NCBI GenBank assembly: GCA_002774285.1
Contig: PEYT01000023.1
Span: forward strand, 1 to 63,930
DNA: 63,930 nucleotides
From: a candidate division WWE3 bacterium CG08_land_8_20_14_0_20_40_13
GTDB lineage: Bacteria > Patescibacteriota > WWE3 > 0-14-0-20-40-13
Direction of reading: 5' to 3'
Both the position numbers and the translations under genes were made by a program. How positions within the stretch are numbered: position 1 is the stretch's first letter; each line of letters opens with the position of its first letter. The notes beneath the pieces were generated by a model. That model was not told the origin of the DNA, made no database searches, and saw nothing but the letters and a program-made list of their open reading frames with translations. Below are positions 63,286 through 63,930 of this stretch, in pieces.

Positions 63286-63855
63286 ATGAACACATTACCG
63301 CGTCGTAGGGTTTACGCCCTTTGGGGCGTATTCGTTCTTTTTCTTGTTGTCCTTCTCGTACTCGTCTGGAGTGCGCTACCCTTGCGGGTCCGTGCTTCGG
63401 AATTGTCGGATGGCTTCGGGCCGTTTCGATCGGGTGTTTTCGACTACTGCTCGATGAGAGCAGACGATTACACCTATTGCAACAGATCGGAACGAAATGG
63501 TCATTCCGTGTTAACCTGCACAGCTGAATGGCGAACCGGAATTTGTCCCAGCAAGTGGGGGACTAACCGGTTTTTGGCGACTGTGTTCGAGAAGCGGATG
63601 GCCGAAACGGGTTCGGGGGATTGCAGAATCTCTTACCAATACCAACCCAAGGCCAATGCCCAATATGCTCCCGGACTCCAGAAGTTACAAATCTTCTACT
63701 CTTGGGAAAACAGTTGGATGGAAACCTCATACTGTAGTTCAAATATCCAGTGTGAGGGTGCGGAATGGTCGTCCGTCGCAAGTAACCCCGAAATCTTGGG
63801 GTCGTGCAATGTTAAGTCGGTCGTAAAAGCACTTGGTGTTACGATCGAAAATTGA
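63286..63855 (+). CDS. cysteine-rich secreted/membrane-anchored hypothetical protein, GC-rich
   Basis: GGAGG RBS 5 nt upstream of ATG 63286. N-terminal signal/anchor ALWGVFVLFLVVLLVLVWSAL. About 10 Cys in the mature part. GC is about 50-60% by hand count in two 60-nt samples. Confidence 0.6.
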   Translation: MNTLPRRRVYALWGVFVLFLVVLLVLVWSALPLRVRASELSDGFGPFRSGVFDYCSMRADDYTYCNRSERNGHSVLTCTAEWRTGICPSKWGTNRFLATVFEKRMAETGSGDCRISYQYQPKANAQYAPGLQKLQIFYSWENSWMETSYCSSNIQCEGAEWSSVASNPEILGSCNVKSVVKALGVTIEN

Positions 63856-63863
63856 GGTGAAAA

Positions 63864-63930
63864 ATGAAGAAGATCTTTGCTCTGATCACGATCGTGGTGA
63901 TGCTCACCTCGATTGCCGGAAGTATGCCCG
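63864..63930 (+). CDS. start of a further signal-peptide protein, 3'-truncated by window edge
   Basis: GAGGTG RBS, then MKKIFALITIVVMLTSIAGSMP. Runs off the end of the window. Confidence 0.4.
   Translation, partial: MKKIFALITIVVMLTSIAGSMP

Noticed and set aside
1-63930. UGA recoding (code 25/4), as seen in some CPR lineages
   Set aside because: Many genes end in TGA exactly where homologs end, often in ATGA overlaps with the next start (glyQS/rsmH, murA/murB, Mur fusion/ddl). The standard-code ORFs are full length.
57890-63930. The whole 57.9-63.9 kb region as a single integrase-mediated genomic island inserted at tRNA-Thr
   Set aside because: The tRNA is on the minus strand, so its 3' end, the usual integration point, faces the other way (towards 57813). 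No integrase gene is present in the window. The region looks instead like an accretion of separate events: RAYT/REP, duplication, fragment junction and GC-rich import.

Overview
The window is AT-rich (roughly 35-40% GC by eye) and tightly packed. It uses the standard code: TGA ends many genes and there are several ATGA start/stop overlaps. Gene content and the small protein sizes suggest a reduced Patescibacteria/CPR-like bacterium; that is an inference, not shown by the sequence.

Three blocks:

(1) 1-18.6 kb is a cell-envelope glycan cluster. It holds six GT4-type and two GT2 glycosyltransferases, a GtrB-like polyprenyl-P sugar synthase with a flippase-like protein, three GT-C (GT39/ArnT-like) enzymes (one fused to an O-antigen-ligase domain), a priming sugar-phosphate transferase and a DUF4012-like protein. 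A solitary C5 DNA methyltransferase interrupts the cluster.

(2) 18.7-55.4 kb is housekeeping: recO, glyQS and a split dcw/peptidoglycan cluster. The first part is rsmH-ftsL-ftsI-murA'-murA-murB-murCDE-ddl with a divergent murF-like gene. The second part is mraY-ftsW-ftsA-ftsZ. Between them sit lower glycolysis/PEP genes and a two-component pair. ileS, rodA, rplU-rpmA, lepB and tRNA-Val follow.

(3) 55.4-63.9 kb is a scrambled accessory region. It contains:
- tRNA-Thr followed by two tandem partial copies.
- A Y1 (RAYT/IS200-like) transposase flanked by identical 31-nt palindromes, with relatives scattered through the window.
- A 110-nt direct repeat bracketing 2.7 kb.
- A GHKL-ATPase/STAS-like pair, the STAS-like ORF carrying an in-frame stop.
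- A self-contained 37-codon acidic peptide gene next to an M16 peptidase, a radical-SAM/SPASM relic and an HExxH protein.
- A duplicated consensus-promoter module in front of two GC-rich segments.

Most unusual observations:
- A single 1341-aa MurC-MurD-MurE triple fusion.
- A degenerate MurA paralog next to murA.
- A membrane-anchored MurF.
- The REP/RAYT family.
- The accessory locus at 57.5-63.9 kb.

All family assignments are motif recognition by eye. No database searches were run.
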